From an uncultured Nitrososphaerota archaeon (GTDB lineage Archaea > Korarchaeota > Korarchaeia > Korarchaeales > Korarchaeaceae): DNA of 64,000 nucleotides. Shown one piece after another: positions 9,497 to 20,048 of the stretch. Where the stretch lies: positions 127,910 through 191,909 of the forward strand of contig CAZUBM010000001.1 of NCBI GenBank assembly GCA_964618805.1, given 5' to 3'. The notes beneath the pieces were generated by a model. That model made no database searches. It was not told the origin of the DNA and saw nothing but the letters and a program-made list of their open reading frames with translations. Position numbers and translations under genes: made by a program. The first letter of the stretch is position 1, and each line of letters opens with the position of its first letter.

Positions 9497-10399
9497 TTAC
9501 AACAGGTCCCTTTCAAGCTGAACGTACTCGGCTTCTATCTTTCCTCCAGACTTAAGGTATAACACGGCTCCTGGCGCTAAGTGATCGAGATAAGCCAACG
9601 TGTAGACCGTAAGCCTCTCTAACCCGAACTCTAGAGCTTTTCTTAATGCTGCCTTCATTAGCTCCCACCCAACACCTTTAAGCCTGTGGTCTGGCAGTAC
9701 CATGACCCCGAAGAACGTGCCCTCACGACCCTTAACATGAAATCCAGTGAGCCCAACCACCCTTCCGTCTTTCCTTGCAACAAGCCACAAAAGGCCCCCT
9801 GAAGGCTCAAACCAGGATCTTGAAATTTCCTTAAGCCTCTCTACTCCCCCATAGTCCTCTATCCACCAATCCCAATAGGGCCTCAAGCTCTCTACGAAGA
9901 CGTTTGGTAGCGTGTCGAGGTCTCCAGGCCTTAGTTCACCCACTTGAGCTATGTCCTCTGCAGGAGGTCCTATTTCTACCCGCTCAGGCTCCCAAAAGAT
10001 CCGAAGTATTCTCCTTACGGGTTTGAAGCCGTGCCTTTTGTAGGCAGATACGTAGTACTCCATTGAGTGGGTGTGAGCCCTGACAAGCCTGGCTCCCTTC
10101 TCAGACAACCACTCAAGGGCCTTATCTATTAGTATGTCCTCCACGCCTAATCCCCAAAGCTCCTTAAGGACAGCAAGATCCCAGAGTTCATATCGATCCT
10201 TCTCGAGCAAACCCTTTATCCATATGCATCCAGCTGGCTTCCCATCAACTTTGGCTAAGAGAAGTCTGCTAGGATCGAAATGAAGGGATTCCGTAATAGC
10301 CCTCAGATCCTCAAGTGTTCTCCTCTCCAGCCTTCCGAAGCACTGCTTAAGAATGCTGTGCCATAATTCAGCTTCTCTACAACCTTTTACCTTAATCAT
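9497..10399 (-). CDS. tandem GNAT-domain acetyltransferase
   Basis: Two acetyl-CoA binding motifs: AVLKELWGLGV...YKRHGF and VLPDHRLKGVG...YLKSGG. Confidence 0.88.
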   Translation of the reverse strand: MIKVKGCREAELWHSILKQCFGRLERRTLEDLRAITESLHFDPSRLLLAKVDGKPAGCIWIKGLLEKDRYELWDLAVLKELWGLGVEDILIDKALEWLSEKGARLVRAHTHSMEYYVSAYKRHGFKPVRRILRIFWEPERVEIGPPAEDIAQVGELRPGDLDTLPNVFVESLRPYWDWWIEDYGGVERLKEISRSWFEPSGGLLWLVARKDGRVVGLTGFHVKGREGTFFGVMVLPDHRLKGVGWELMKAALRKALEFGLERLTVYTLAYLDHLAPGAVLYLKSGGKIEAEYVQLERDLL

Positions 10400-10469
10400 A
10401 TGAAATCAGGATTAGAACCAATTTTTTGCTTTTAATTCCTGATTCGCATACGCCTGCTCGCTAGTTATT

Positions 10470-11651
10470 ATGTTTAAAAACAAAGATATAAAACGAAAAC
10501 GCTTGAAATCATTTCAGAACTCTTCAATTTCAGAAGTAGGTGAAGAGAAATTGGTTCTTGATCGATTAGTTCCGAGTGTCGATAAGCATGAGATTGACAC
10601 TCCTGCCTTGCTTCTGGATCTGAAACTCCTTGAGCACAACATCAAGGTCATGTCTGACTTCATATCGGGGGTGAAAGCAGAACTCAGGCCTCATGTTAAG
10701 GCTCACAGAACGCCCATGATAGCTCATAAGCAGATAGAAGCTGGAGCTAAAGGCATTACATGCGCAAAGGTAAGCGAAGCCGAAGTTATGGTTGAGTCGG
10801 GCATAGAGGACGTTTTCATCGCCAACCAAATCGTTGGAGTGAAGAAGATAGCAAGATTGATTAGCCTTGCCAAGAAAGGCAGAGTTTCGGTGGCTGTTGA
10901 TAGCATAAAGAATGCTAAGAGCATTTCCAGACTCGCATCCGAGAAAGGGTTAAGGATTGAGGTTCTGATAGAGGTCGACATCGGAACTCATAGATGCGGT
11001 CTAGAGCCAGGAAAGCCCGTTCTTGAGTTTGCAAGAGAAATTCAAAACCTTGATGGCATAAGATTGAAAGGATTGATGGGATATGAGGGCTTTGCTGGTT
11101 CAATCGTCGACTTTGAGGAGAGGAAGAGTGCTTGCACAAAGGCTTTGGAATCAATTATGGAGTCAAGGGATCTACTCGAAGATTCTGGGATAGATGTTGA
11201 GGTAGTAAGCTTGGGAAGCACTGGAACCTATAAAATTAGCGGAAGCTATCCCGGGGTGACTGAGATCAGAGCGGGCTCGTACGTGCTCTCGAGCGCAAAA
11301 CATAAGAGGATAGTCCCCGAGTTTGAAGTAGCCTTTACTCTTCTCTCAACAGTGATAAGTAGGCCTTCAGAAGATAGAGCTATCATAGATGCTGGAAGAA
11401 ATGCCATAAGCTACGACCAAGGACTTCCATTAGTGAAAGGACTAGAAGGAGTTAAACTCGTTAAGCTGTACGATGAGCACGGAGTGCTGGAAATCAAGAA
11501 CAAGGGCGTTAAACTGGAAGTTGGTGACAAAGTAGATCTCATCCCGACCCATCCCTGCACAACGGTCGCGTTGCATGAGAAGATGTTTTGTGTGGATGAA
11601 GGGGTACTAGAGGATGTCTGGGACATATCTACAAGGGGAAAGTTCTTCTAG
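10470..11651 (+). CDS. DSD1/D-threonine aldolase family PLP enzyme (alanine racemase fold); true start probably near 10551
   Basis: DTPALLLD, RPHVKAH (PLP Lys), RCG, GLMGYEG, EIRAGSY, DEHG and PTHPCTT motifs. Confidence 0.9.
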   Translation: MFKNKDIKRKRLKSFQNSSISEVGEEKLVLDRLVPSVDKHEIDTPALLLDLKLLEHNIKVMSDFISGVKAELRPHVKAHRTPMIAHKQIEAGAKGITCAKVSEAEVMVESGIEDVFIANQIVGVKKIARLISLAKKGRVSVAVDSIKNAKSISRLASEKGLRIEVLIEVDIGTHRCGLEPGKPVLEFAREIQNLDGIRLKGLMGYEGFAGSIVDFEERKSACTKALESIMESRDLLEDSGIDVEVVSLGSTGTYKISGSYPGVTEIRAGSYVLSSAKHKRIVPEFEVAFTLLSTVISRPSEDRAIIDAGRNAISYDQGLPLVKGLEGVKLVKLYDEHGVLEIKNKGVKLEVGDKVDLIPTHPCTTVALHEKMFCVDEGVLEDVWDISTRGKFF

Positions 11652-11706
11652 ACTAAAGAGGAATTGATCTGAGGACATACATAGAGAAAAAGGGAGAAAG
11701 AAGGCC

Positions 11707-12469
11707 CTATGGAAGGGACCAAGAAACGAGCTGTATGAGTATTTCCGTTTCGCTATCGCGATAGAAGCCTTTGATTACATACCCGTTTAGCGGGCCTTCC
11801 TCAGCAGAAAACCAGTAACGAGCTGGTTCAGGAAGATCTGAAGCCACTAAGTCGTATACATTGCATTTAAACGTGCCAGCAGGAACCGTTATTGTTTCCT
11901 GACCTCTGTCAATTGTTTCAACATATTCAGATGTTTCGCGGGCACATAGACTTGGAAACTGCTCAAAAGATACATTTTGTTTATGAGACGGACCTTGTGG
12001 CACCTCTATTTGAACGTATGCCTCGATAAAATCAAGATCGTCCTTTGTGTAGTAACCTACGAAAGTTGCTTTGGCAAGGCTAAGACCCGTAATGGGATTC
12101 ATCTCTACCGTAAGAGCGTACTTGTCTCCCAAATCCTCTGCCCAGTAAGTGTATCTAACTACAATGGTCTCAGTGCTCCCGTTTTCGAAGAACCTCTTTA
12201 TGGTTACTTCATACTCGGTTTTTAAGCCAGAAATTACCATTCTTTCCATCTTCAGAAGCTCACAGCACTTTATTTCTTTCTCTGTTTGCGGAGCTTCCGT
12301 TGGAGTCGGAGTTGGCGAGGGCGATGGTGTTGGCGAAGAAGTAGTTCCTGGCTCAGCTCCCGGAGAGGGGACAGCTTCCCCTCCAAGACCTCCTTTTATG
12401 AGGAAAATATGCACCAACCACTCCTCCAATTATAACCACAAGGAGGATCAGAGCAAACAGCTTTCCCAT
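11707..12469 (-). pseudogene. exported/membrane-anchored protein with Pro/Thr linker and VPAGTF-type domain, frameshifted near the N-terminus
   Basis: ATG at 12469 reads MGKLFALILLVVIIGGVVGAYF. One extra T (plus-strand AAAA 12404-12407) shifts away from the frame continuing LIKGGLGG...PTPSPSPTPTPTE...ETITVPAGTFKC. Confidence 0.7.
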
Positions 12470-12785
12470 GCCTTTCAACTTACCCTTATTTGGATGAGGG
12501 GAAACCTATTTCCCGCTAAAAAGTTTCACGCTTGACGCGAAATTTTTCGTGACGCGCTGTATTTTTCATTCACAGACTTTGGTATAGCGAATTTAACTGA
12601 TGTGGAAGGGTAAACTCTCCTTCTATACTTAAATCTTGAGAAAGTTTTTAAAGGAGTAAGAAAGGCACATGTTCAGTGATAGAAGTGAGGGTTTTCGTTC
12701 CACATACCTGAATTCCTCTTTTTTGTGAATTATCAGTCAGAAAACTCTGTTTCACACACTCATCTTAGAAATAAAAGACAAGGGA

Positions 12786-14237
12786 GTGGTGAAAATGTCT
12801 GATTTAGGTGTTACTGTCAAGAAGTCGGAAAACTTCTCTGAATGGTACACTCAAGTGGTTTTGAAATCAGAGCTGGCAGATTATGCACCTACAAAGGGCT
12901 GTATAATCTTCAGAGAATACTCCTATGCTATATGGGAGAAAATACGGCAAGTGATGGACAGAAGAATTAAAGAAAAGGGACATAAAAACGCATATTTCCC
13001 CCTTTTTATCCCCGAAAGCCTCCTAAAGAAAGAAGCAGAGCACTTTGAAGGTTTTGTTCCCGAATGCGCATGGGTCACGATAGGAGGAGACAGGAAGTTA
13101 GAGGAAAGACTTGCAATAAGGCCCACATCCGAAACAATCATCTATTCTATGTACGCAAAGTGGATTAGAAGCTGGAGGGACCTTCCTGTAAAACTAAATC
13201 AGTGGTGCAACATCGTAAGATGGGAAACAAAGGCAACAAAGCCTTTCATTAGGACTAGGGAATTCCTCTGGCAAGAAGGACACACTGCCCATGCCACTAA
13301 GGAGGAGGCGGATCAGGAGGTAATGGAGATACTCGAAATGTACAAGGATCTAATGGAAAATTATCTTGCAATCCCTGTTCTAGCTGGAAGGAAAAGTGAG
13401 AGGGAGAAATTTGCAGGAGCTCTCTATACGACAACCTTAGAAGCCCTGATGCCCGACGGAAAGGCCTTACAAATGGGGACTTCCCACAACTTGGGGCAGA
13501 ATTTCGCGAAGGTCTTTGAAATAAAGTTCGTCGGGAGGGATGAAAAGGAGCATTACGTCTGGCAGACCTCATGGGGGATATCGACGAGGCTTATAGGAGC
13601 GGTGGTTATGGTTCATGGAGACGATAGAGGATTGGTCCTCCCTCCCAGAATAGCTCCAATACAAGTAGTCATAATTCCTATATTTTACAAGGAAGTTGAA
13701 AGGAAAGAAATCCTGAAGAAAGCTAGAGAAATTCTTGAAAACTTGCAGAAGAACGGGATAAGTGCTCTGCTTGACGACAGAACGGAGTACACTCCTGGGT
13801 GGAAGTTCAATCACTGGGAGCTTAAAGGAGTCCCGCTGAGGATAGAAATAGGTCCGAAAGACTTGGAAAAGGGAGAGATAACCTTGGCCAGGAGGGATAC
13901 TTTCGAGAGAATTGTTGTAAAGGATGAGAAGGTGCTTGAAGAGGTTAATCAGATTCTTGAAGATATTCAGGAAAACCTATTCAAGAGGGCAAAGGAGTTC
14001 TTAGAGACGCACATAACAGAGGTGAAGAGCTATGAGGAATTTAAAGAGGTGCTAAGAACAAAGGGAGGCTTTATCAAAGCGTGCTGGTGCTTAAGCTCTG
14101 AGTGCGAGGAGAAGATAAAGGAGGAAACAGGTGCAACAATAAGGCTAATTCCATTTGAAAAGGAAAAGCCGTTTTCAAACTGCATTTATTGCGGTAAAGA
14201 GGCAAAGGAAGTAGTTTATTTTGCCAAGGCATATTGA
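12786..14237 (+). CDS. proS: proline--tRNA ligase, archaeal/eukaryotic type
   Basis: FSEWY, RPTSET, FIRTREFLWQEGHT, QMGTSHNLGQNF, SWGISTR, PGWKF..WELKGVP, C-terminal Zn site and FAKAY end. Confidence 0.98.
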   Translation: MVKMSDLGVTVKKSENFSEWYTQVVLKSELADYAPTKGCIIFREYSYAIWEKIRQVMDRRIKEKGHKNAYFPLFIPESLLKKEAEHFEGFVPECAWVTIGGDRKLEERLAIRPTSETIIYSMYAKWIRSWRDLPVKLNQWCNIVRWETKATKPFIRTREFLWQEGHTAHATKEEADQEVMEILEMYKDLMENYLAIPVLAGRKSEREKFAGALYTTTLEALMPDGKALQMGTSHNLGQNFAKVFEIKFVGRDEKEHYVWQTSWGISTRLIGAVVMVHGDDRGLVLPPRIAPIQVVIIPIFYKEVERKEILKKAREILENLQKNGISALLDDRTEYTPGWKFNHWELKGVPLRIEIGPKDLEKGEITLARRDTFERIVVKDEKVLEEVNQILEDIQENLFKRAKEFLETHITEVKSYEEFKEVLRTKGGFIKACWCLSSECEEKIKEETGATIRLIPFEKEKPFSNCIYCGKEAKEVVYFAKAY

Positions 14238-14270
14238 TGTGCAAAACCTGTAATTCATCCATTCTTGCCC

Positions 14271-15548
14271 TTAAGCAGATTCTTTGATCATGCTGGCTGC
14301 TATTAGAGATAAGAAGGTTAGAGGAAGAGCTAGAAGGAATGGAGCACGCCAACCAAAATGTCTGAATAGAAATCCGCCCAGGAATGGGAATGGTAGGCCA
14401 ATTAAGGAACTTAAGAAATCTATTTTTGTCATCTCAGTGACTCTGCTCTTCATTGGGATTCTCTCTGCAAGTAAAGCGCTGTAGGGAGAGGACCACGTTG
14501 CTATTATTCCTGAAATCAAAATAGGATAGTATATCCTTATAGCGTTAGGATCAGGGAGCAAAACAAATGCAAGCAAGGTTAAGATTCCAAAAGCTTCGCT
14601 TACTACTAGAAGCTCCCTCCGCCCTATCCTATCCGAAAGCCATCCAGCGAGAGGACCCATTGTAGCACTTAGGGCGTTTCTAAGGGAACTAAGAGTTCCT
14701 AGATAGGAAGATGTAACTTGAAACGCATCTACCATGAACATGAAAAGGACTCCCCTCATCCATATTCCATATGATATCGAGTCTATTGATTTTAGCAAAT
14801 AGATGTCCTTTAGATCCTTATTTGGCTTTAATAGTTCTCTTAGAGAGTTCTTTAACTCCAAGGACTCTTGCTCAAACTTATAGGTCTCCCTTATTATGAT
14901 CCAAGCTGTGACTATTCCTATAGCTGCTGTCCCAGCAGCTATCCAGATTACTGCTCTCTCTCCAATAGATTCAGCAAGGACTCCAGCGATGTAAGGCAGG
15001 AAAAATCCGGGGATTGTCCAGCCAAGGGATAAGAGACTCATTACCAGAGCTCTGCTCTTTTTTAGCGTGGATTCTGCTCCGATCGTTGCCGAAAGGGGCC
15101 TGTATGTCCTAAAACTAATGGATCCTATGATTGAAGCAGGGATGAAATGAATCCAGTTAGTTGAGAGCGCATACATTGCCCTGCTAAGCGAGGTTAGGAC
15201 CATCGATGCTGTGAACATGATCTTTCTACCGAACTTGTCAGCTATCCTACCAAGGAAGAGACTCGATGGCAGGGCTACCAAGGTTGAGATGGACTGAATC
15301 ATCCCCATTTTCTCGCTGTCTGCTCCCAGAGATGAAGCAAAAGTTGGTAAGACCGGTCTCTGAAGGTTCATAGAACAAGATCTGAGGAACCTGGCAAGGA
15401 AGAGACCAGCCACATTTCTTTTATCCATCTTTTCGGTTTCTTCTTCCGATGTAAGCTCATCCAAGTCCATATATTGTTTATCTTTCTCACCCATCTCCGC
15501 TTCTGGTATGGCTAGGATCATAAAAACCCGACTTTTAGAAGGATCCAA
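14271..15548 (-). CDS. MFS transporter (true start probably downstream of 15548)
   Basis: GRIADKFGRK and GWLSDRIGRR motifs, multiple TM segments. Confidence 0.9.
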   Translation of the reverse strand: MDPSKSRVFMILAIPEAEMGEKDKQYMDLDELTSEEETEKMDKRNVAGLFLARFLRSCSMNLQRPVLPTFASSLGADSEKMGMIQSISTLVALPSSLFLGRIADKFGRKIMFTASMVLTSLSRAMYALSTNWIHFIPASIIGSISFRTYRPLSATIGAESTLKKSRALVMSLLSLGWTIPGFFLPYIAGVLAESIGERAVIWIAAGTAAIGIVTAWIIIRETYKFEQESLELKNSLRELLKPNKDLKDIYLLKSIDSISYGIWMRGVLFMFMVDAFQVTSSYLGTLSSLRNALSATMGPLAGWLSDRIGRRELLVVSEAFGILTLLAFVLLPDPNAIRIYYPILISGIIATWSSPYSALLAERIPMKSRVTEMTKIDFLSSLIGLPFPFLGGFLFRHFGWRAPFLLALPLTFLSLIAASMIKESA

Positions 15549-16060
15549 TAACCCCTAAAAATAAAAGTATTGAGCCCTTCTAGCTATCATTTGTCATTTT
15601 TTTAAACGATAAAAGAGCTGCATAACTCAGAATTAGAACTGAGATCACGAGTAATTATAGGTAAATTCCCGCAAAAATACTTATTTTTCAGCCTTTGTCA
15701 TCAAATAGAGGGGTTCTATGTTTCTAACTTTATTCCTTTTAGTTCATGCTTTTTGAGGACTCAGATGCTTTAGTTAGAGCATCTTAGTCCTAGATATTAT
15801 GAAATTAAACAAGACAAGATCTTCGAATATGAGTTTTCTTCATCTAATTACGCTTGATAGATCTCCAATACTTCTCCACCTTACTAGCCTCTTCTCATCA
15901 TATCTTGTCAGGTAATTTGCATGTCCTTCGAATGAGGTTATAAAATTTATTAGATTATCCCACTTGGAGGCTCCAAATGAGTACTTGGCAGGTATGGCTG
16001 ATCATTTTGCTATCATTCTCAATAGGTTTAACTGTCAGCCAGTAATATTGCAGCCAGAGC

Positions 16061-16525
16061 TTGGATATGGACCCATTTTATATGAACAATAATATTCTGA
16101 GGATGGTAAAGAGCTTGTTGCAAATCTATCAGTTCCCCACCATATTTTTGGCAGGGACTCATATCTGGGATGCGGAGGGTGGAGGAAAGCTAATGCGAGT
16201 TTTCCTTGGAATTAACGCCATCATAGGGAAAAGGGACGGATCCTTTATGAATCTGCGGTTTAGAAGTAAGGAGATGTATACTCGCATTCTTCCAAACGAC
16301 TCAAACTTTCCAGCTCCTGTTGTTGGCGCAACTGTCTTTTCAATTGCCTCAATACCACTGCTTCCTCTTTTTTCCTTCTCTATAATAAGGTACATTATGA
16401 GGAGAAAGAAAACTTACTTGGCAACTGCCTTGATATCGATCTTGATCCTTGTTTTGGTAGCATATGAAGCAATTCTTTTACAAAAAGTCAACATGAAGAT
16501 TCTCAAGCTTTTTGATGAGATTTGA
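16061..16525 (+). pseudogene. probable remnant of a membrane protein gene
   Basis: C-terminal TM helices. Upstream 15718-16060 reads as interrupted hydrophobic/coding-like sequence with several stops. Confidence 0.35.
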
Positions 16526-16711
16526 TGTGGTAACAATGAAAGATCTAGGAAACAGGACTCTAAAGCAAGTTCTGCAAGCTGGCTGAACCTATCACTCTCA
16601 AGCTTAGAAGGGGGCAGCTTTGTCCAATCCTCTTATCCTTTCACCTGCTGAACAGATATGACTCCTATTTTGCTCATTTGCCAAAAAGCTGCACAGTATT
16701 GAGGTTGAAAT

Positions 16712-17551
16712 CTATCTCCTGATGCCAGTGGCAACCACAACTTTTGCTCCTTCATACTTTTTGGATATGTATAGGGCAAGAGAAACAGCTGGGTCAAATT
16801 TAGAGTATTTTTTACATAGATCGGTTACTTCTTTCAAGCTAAGAGTTGAATCGATTCTTACGAAGGGAAATTTCAAAAACTCTTTTCTAATGCTTTTTCC
16901 ATCTCCGCCAAAAGTGTATATCGAGTTAAATATTTTCTTGTACTTCTCTTCTATTTCCTCTGTCAGTTTGATGAAAGGATGGTTTGGTAAAACGCACGAT
17001 ATAATCATTGGAACTTTGTCAATTAACCCTTTGCTTTTTATCTCATGAAATCCATAGGCAACTCCTAGGGCAAGCGTGTGATTTGCGGAAGGTACAAAAA
17101 CATAGTCTGGTTTTAGATTTTTCAATTCATAGCTTATGGCGATATCCCCACGCCATCTATCGACAAAACCAGGAGAGATGTTGATCAAACCTTGATTTTT
17201 AGCTATCTTATCAACAAGCATGTAAGATTCGTAATAATACTTTCCCTTTATGATTACTTTTGCCCCAAACCTCTTAATATTCTCTATTTTCTCTTTAGGC
17301 GTTATTTCTGGGACAAGAACAACTGCTTTTTCTTTCATCCAGCAGGCCAAGGAAATTCCCGCGTTACCACTCGAAATTATTATGTATCTCTTATCCCAGC
17401 CAAACTTATCCAGCAGATACAGAGTTTCTCTATCCTTGTGACTTCCTGAGGGATTCTCACACTCAAGCTTTAGAAAGCAAGATGCATGTTTATCGTAAAC
17501 CACTGGAGTCCGGCCAACTCCTCTCCTCAAATCATTCACCCATAGATGCAT
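16712..17551 (-). CDS. PLP-dependent fold-type II enzyme (threonine synthase/cysteine synthase-like)
   Basis: GRTPV, LKLECENPSGSHKDR (PLP Lys), SSGNAGISLA and VVVATG motifs. Confidence 0.88.
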   Translation of the reverse strand: MHLWVNDLRRGVGRTPVVYDKHASCFLKLECENPSGSHKDRETLYLLDKFGWDKRYIIISSGNAGISLACWMKEKAVVLVPEITPKEKIENIKRFGAKVIIKGKYYYESYMLVDKIAKNQGLINISPGFVDRWRGDIAISYELKNLKPDYVFVPSANHTLALGVAYGFHEIKSKGLIDKVPMIISCVLPNHPFIKLTEEIEEKYKKIFNSIYTFGGDGKSIRKEFLKFPFVRIDSTLSLKEVTDLCKKYSKFDPAVSLALYISKKYEGAKVVVATGIRR

Positions 17552-18027
17552 CAGCTACTCCTAGTAAGCTTGGATGAAACCTTAAAGAACTTCATTAGAT
17601 CGAAGTTTATCAAACCAATCTCGAGTCGAAAATAAGCATATAAGCATGTAGCACTTGATAGGAATACTAAAAAGCATAGCCCACCTTTATCGTTGAAAAA
17701 AGGTAAGCAAGATTGAAAGAATCAATTTAATGATGATGCATGAAGACCATGAATTCAAGAGCCAAAATTTCCGTCTTAGAGGCCAAGAAAATTTGAAAAA
17801 TACATCCGAGGGCAATCAGCTTAGAATTGGTTCGATTTAATCGAGCTCCTTTTCTCATTTATTGAAATATCATTAGGCCAGGCCATCCTATGGGCTCTTC
17901 TAGGAATTCCATGTCAGATTCTGGTACTTTTAAGGTTTTTCCTCCCTACAGTAACCTCTTTTTCTTATATCGCCGTAGTTTTCATTTTATTTATTGTTTT
18001 GTTCTTACTTCAACTCTAAAATCTAAA

Positions 18028-19890
18028 TCATGGGCTTAATGAGATCTCCAAAGCTTCAAGCCCGTCTATCACATAATCAAGGCCAGATTTCTTTAGCGTA
18101 GATTTTCTAGGAATCCCTCTTTCATCCCAACCCCTAATCTCGTAGTACCAACTTAGAAGCTTGTCATAAGCTCCTCTATCAAGCTTTGCTCCCTTCGAAG
18201 GCCCCTTGGTCAGCGGCTCCTCGAACCATCTTACTGGAGGATAATCAAGCTCCCTGCTCCATCCCCCGTACTCCCTAACCCAGAAAGCCCTTATCAGATT
18301 GTATATCCTGTCTGCTATTAACCAGAGATCCTCTAGAGTGTAATCTAGGCCTGTAGCTGCCTTTAGAAACTTTGGATACCATTCCAAGTTGAATCCGAGC
18401 TCAATCCAAGGCAATCTGCAGGTTACGGCTGATTCAAAGAAGCCACCCCTTATTCTTTGCATCTCTATCAGGCGCTCCACCTTCTCCTTTGTTATCAGGT
18501 CCCTTCCTAACTTCAGTTCCCACGCGATAAACCAGGCATCCTTATGATGAGCTCCTATTGGCGAGGTTCCGAAGGCTAGAGCCATGCCTGGAGCTGCATG
18601 ACAGTCATAAGCTGTTATCTCTAGGCCTTTCACATGCATTGCAAATTTCTCAGATCCATTCCCCACTTTTGCAGAGAACCTCTTAACTCCCTCAGCCATC
18701 TGATCTCCTATGCCCTTTCTTGAAGCGACCATTTCTGCAAGCTCAAACATAGCTTGACCGTCTCCCCACTTCAAGTCAACGCCAACTTCCTCCTTGGAAA
18801 GGAGACCTTTCTCCATGCATTCTGTAGCAAATCCAAGAATGCTTCCCAACGTTATGGTGTCTATGCCCTCCTTATCCGCGAGAAGGTTTAGGTTTAGAGC
18901 CCAGTTGAAATCTCCTATTCCAAGATTAGAACCAAGCATTCCGATGTTCTCGTAATCTACTTCACAGATTTCTCCCTTATAGGGACCATCCCTTATCTCA
19001 CACTGCATACCGCATTGCATGTTGCAGAAGGGACAACCTTTCTGCGAAACCTTGTATTCCTCCATCTTTGAACCGCTTATCCCCTTCCATTCGTCGAAAA
19101 CCCCTTCCCTAAAGTTGTATGTCGGCAAGACGCTGTTGGTTTGGGACCATTCAATCGTCGCCATCGTCCCCTGTCTTACCCAGAAATCGTAGTTCTCCGC
19201 TGCCTTTATTTCAGCGTATCCCTCCTTTGCCATTTCCTTCAAACCTTCGGAATTTATGGCAGGGATCTCCTTTGTTCCCTTTATCACAACGGCTTTCAGG
19301 TTCTTACTACTCATAACAGCCCCCATACCAGTTCTGCCGCCAGCTCTACCTTTTTCAGAAACGATAACAGCAAACCTAACTAGCTTTTCACCACCCGGGC
19401 CTATTACAAGGATACCAGCCATTCCATACTCCTCTTCCAGCAAATCCTGGACTTCGTAGGCGTTTCTACCCCATAGATCCGTAGCAGACTTTATCTCAAC
19501 AGAATCATCTTCCACATAAAGCAGTGATGGCTCCTTTGCCTTTCCCTGTACTACAATTAGATCGTAACCAGCCTTTCTCAGCTGAACAGAAGCTCTTGTC
19601 CCAATGTTTCCGTCACCATACCCTCCTGTTAGCGGGGACTTGGCTGCGATAACAAGCTTACCGCTACTTGGGAGTGAAAAACCTGTTAGGGGCCCGGTTG
19701 CAAAAATAAGCCTGTTCTCAGGAGAAAAGGGATCAGTACCAGGCTTAAGTTCATCCCACAAAATTTTTACTGCCAGCCCCCTTCCTCCCAAGAGGTCAAC
19801 TGCGTCCTTAGCGTCCAGGTTTTGAACGGTGTGCTTTCCGCTCGACAGGTCAACTCTAAGGATTCTACCTGTCCAGCCACCTCTAATCAT
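18028..19890 (-). CDS. for: tungsten-dependent aldehyde:ferredoxin oxidoreductase, FOR-like
   Basis: GWTGRILRVDLS, GGRGLA, AKSPLTGGYGDGN, GRTGMGAVM, CPFCNMQC Fe-S motif, GAHHKDAW, YY..RGWD..GIP. Closely recalls Pyrococcus formaldehyde ferredoxin oxidoreductase. Confidence 0.92.
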   Translation of the reverse strand: MIRGGWTGRILRVDLSSGKHTVQNLDAKDAVDLLGGRGLAVKILWDELKPGTDPFSPENRLIFATGPLTGFSLPSSGKLVIAAKSPLTGGYGDGNIGTRASVQLRKAGYDLIVVQGKAKEPSLLYVEDDSVEIKSATDLWGRNAYEVQDLLEEEYGMAGILVIGPGGEKLVRFAVIVSEKGRAGGRTGMGAVMSSKNLKAVVIKGTKEIPAINSEGLKEMAKEGYAEIKAAENYDFWVRQGTMATIEWSQTNSVLPTYNFREGVFDEWKGISGSKMEEYKVSQKGCPFCNMQCGMQCEIRDGPYKGEICEVDYENIGMLGSNLGIGDFNWALNLNLLADKEGIDTITLGSILGFATECMEKGLLSKEEVGVDLKWGDGQAMFELAEMVASRKGIGDQMAEGVKRFSAKVGNGSEKFAMHVKGLEITAYDCHAAPGMALAFGTSPIGAHHKDAWFIAWELKLGRDLITKEKVERLIEMQRIRGGFFESAVTCRLPWIELGFNLEWYPKFLKAATGLDYTLEDLWLIADRIYNLIRAFWVREYGGWSRELDYPPVRWFEEPLTKGPSKGAKLDRGAYDKLLSWYYEIRGWDERGIPRKSTLKKSGLDYVIDGLEALEISLSP

Positions 19891-20048
19891 CTTAGGTCTG
19901 GCTTCTTTTTCAGAGATAAAATATAAACAATCTTGGATTCTTAAGCTCCCCCTTTCCTCTAAGTAATCCCCGGCCTTACTGTTAACGAAGACAAACCATT
20001 TCTCTTTCTACTCTTGGCTCACATCTGAAGATTTATCGGATTTCACCT

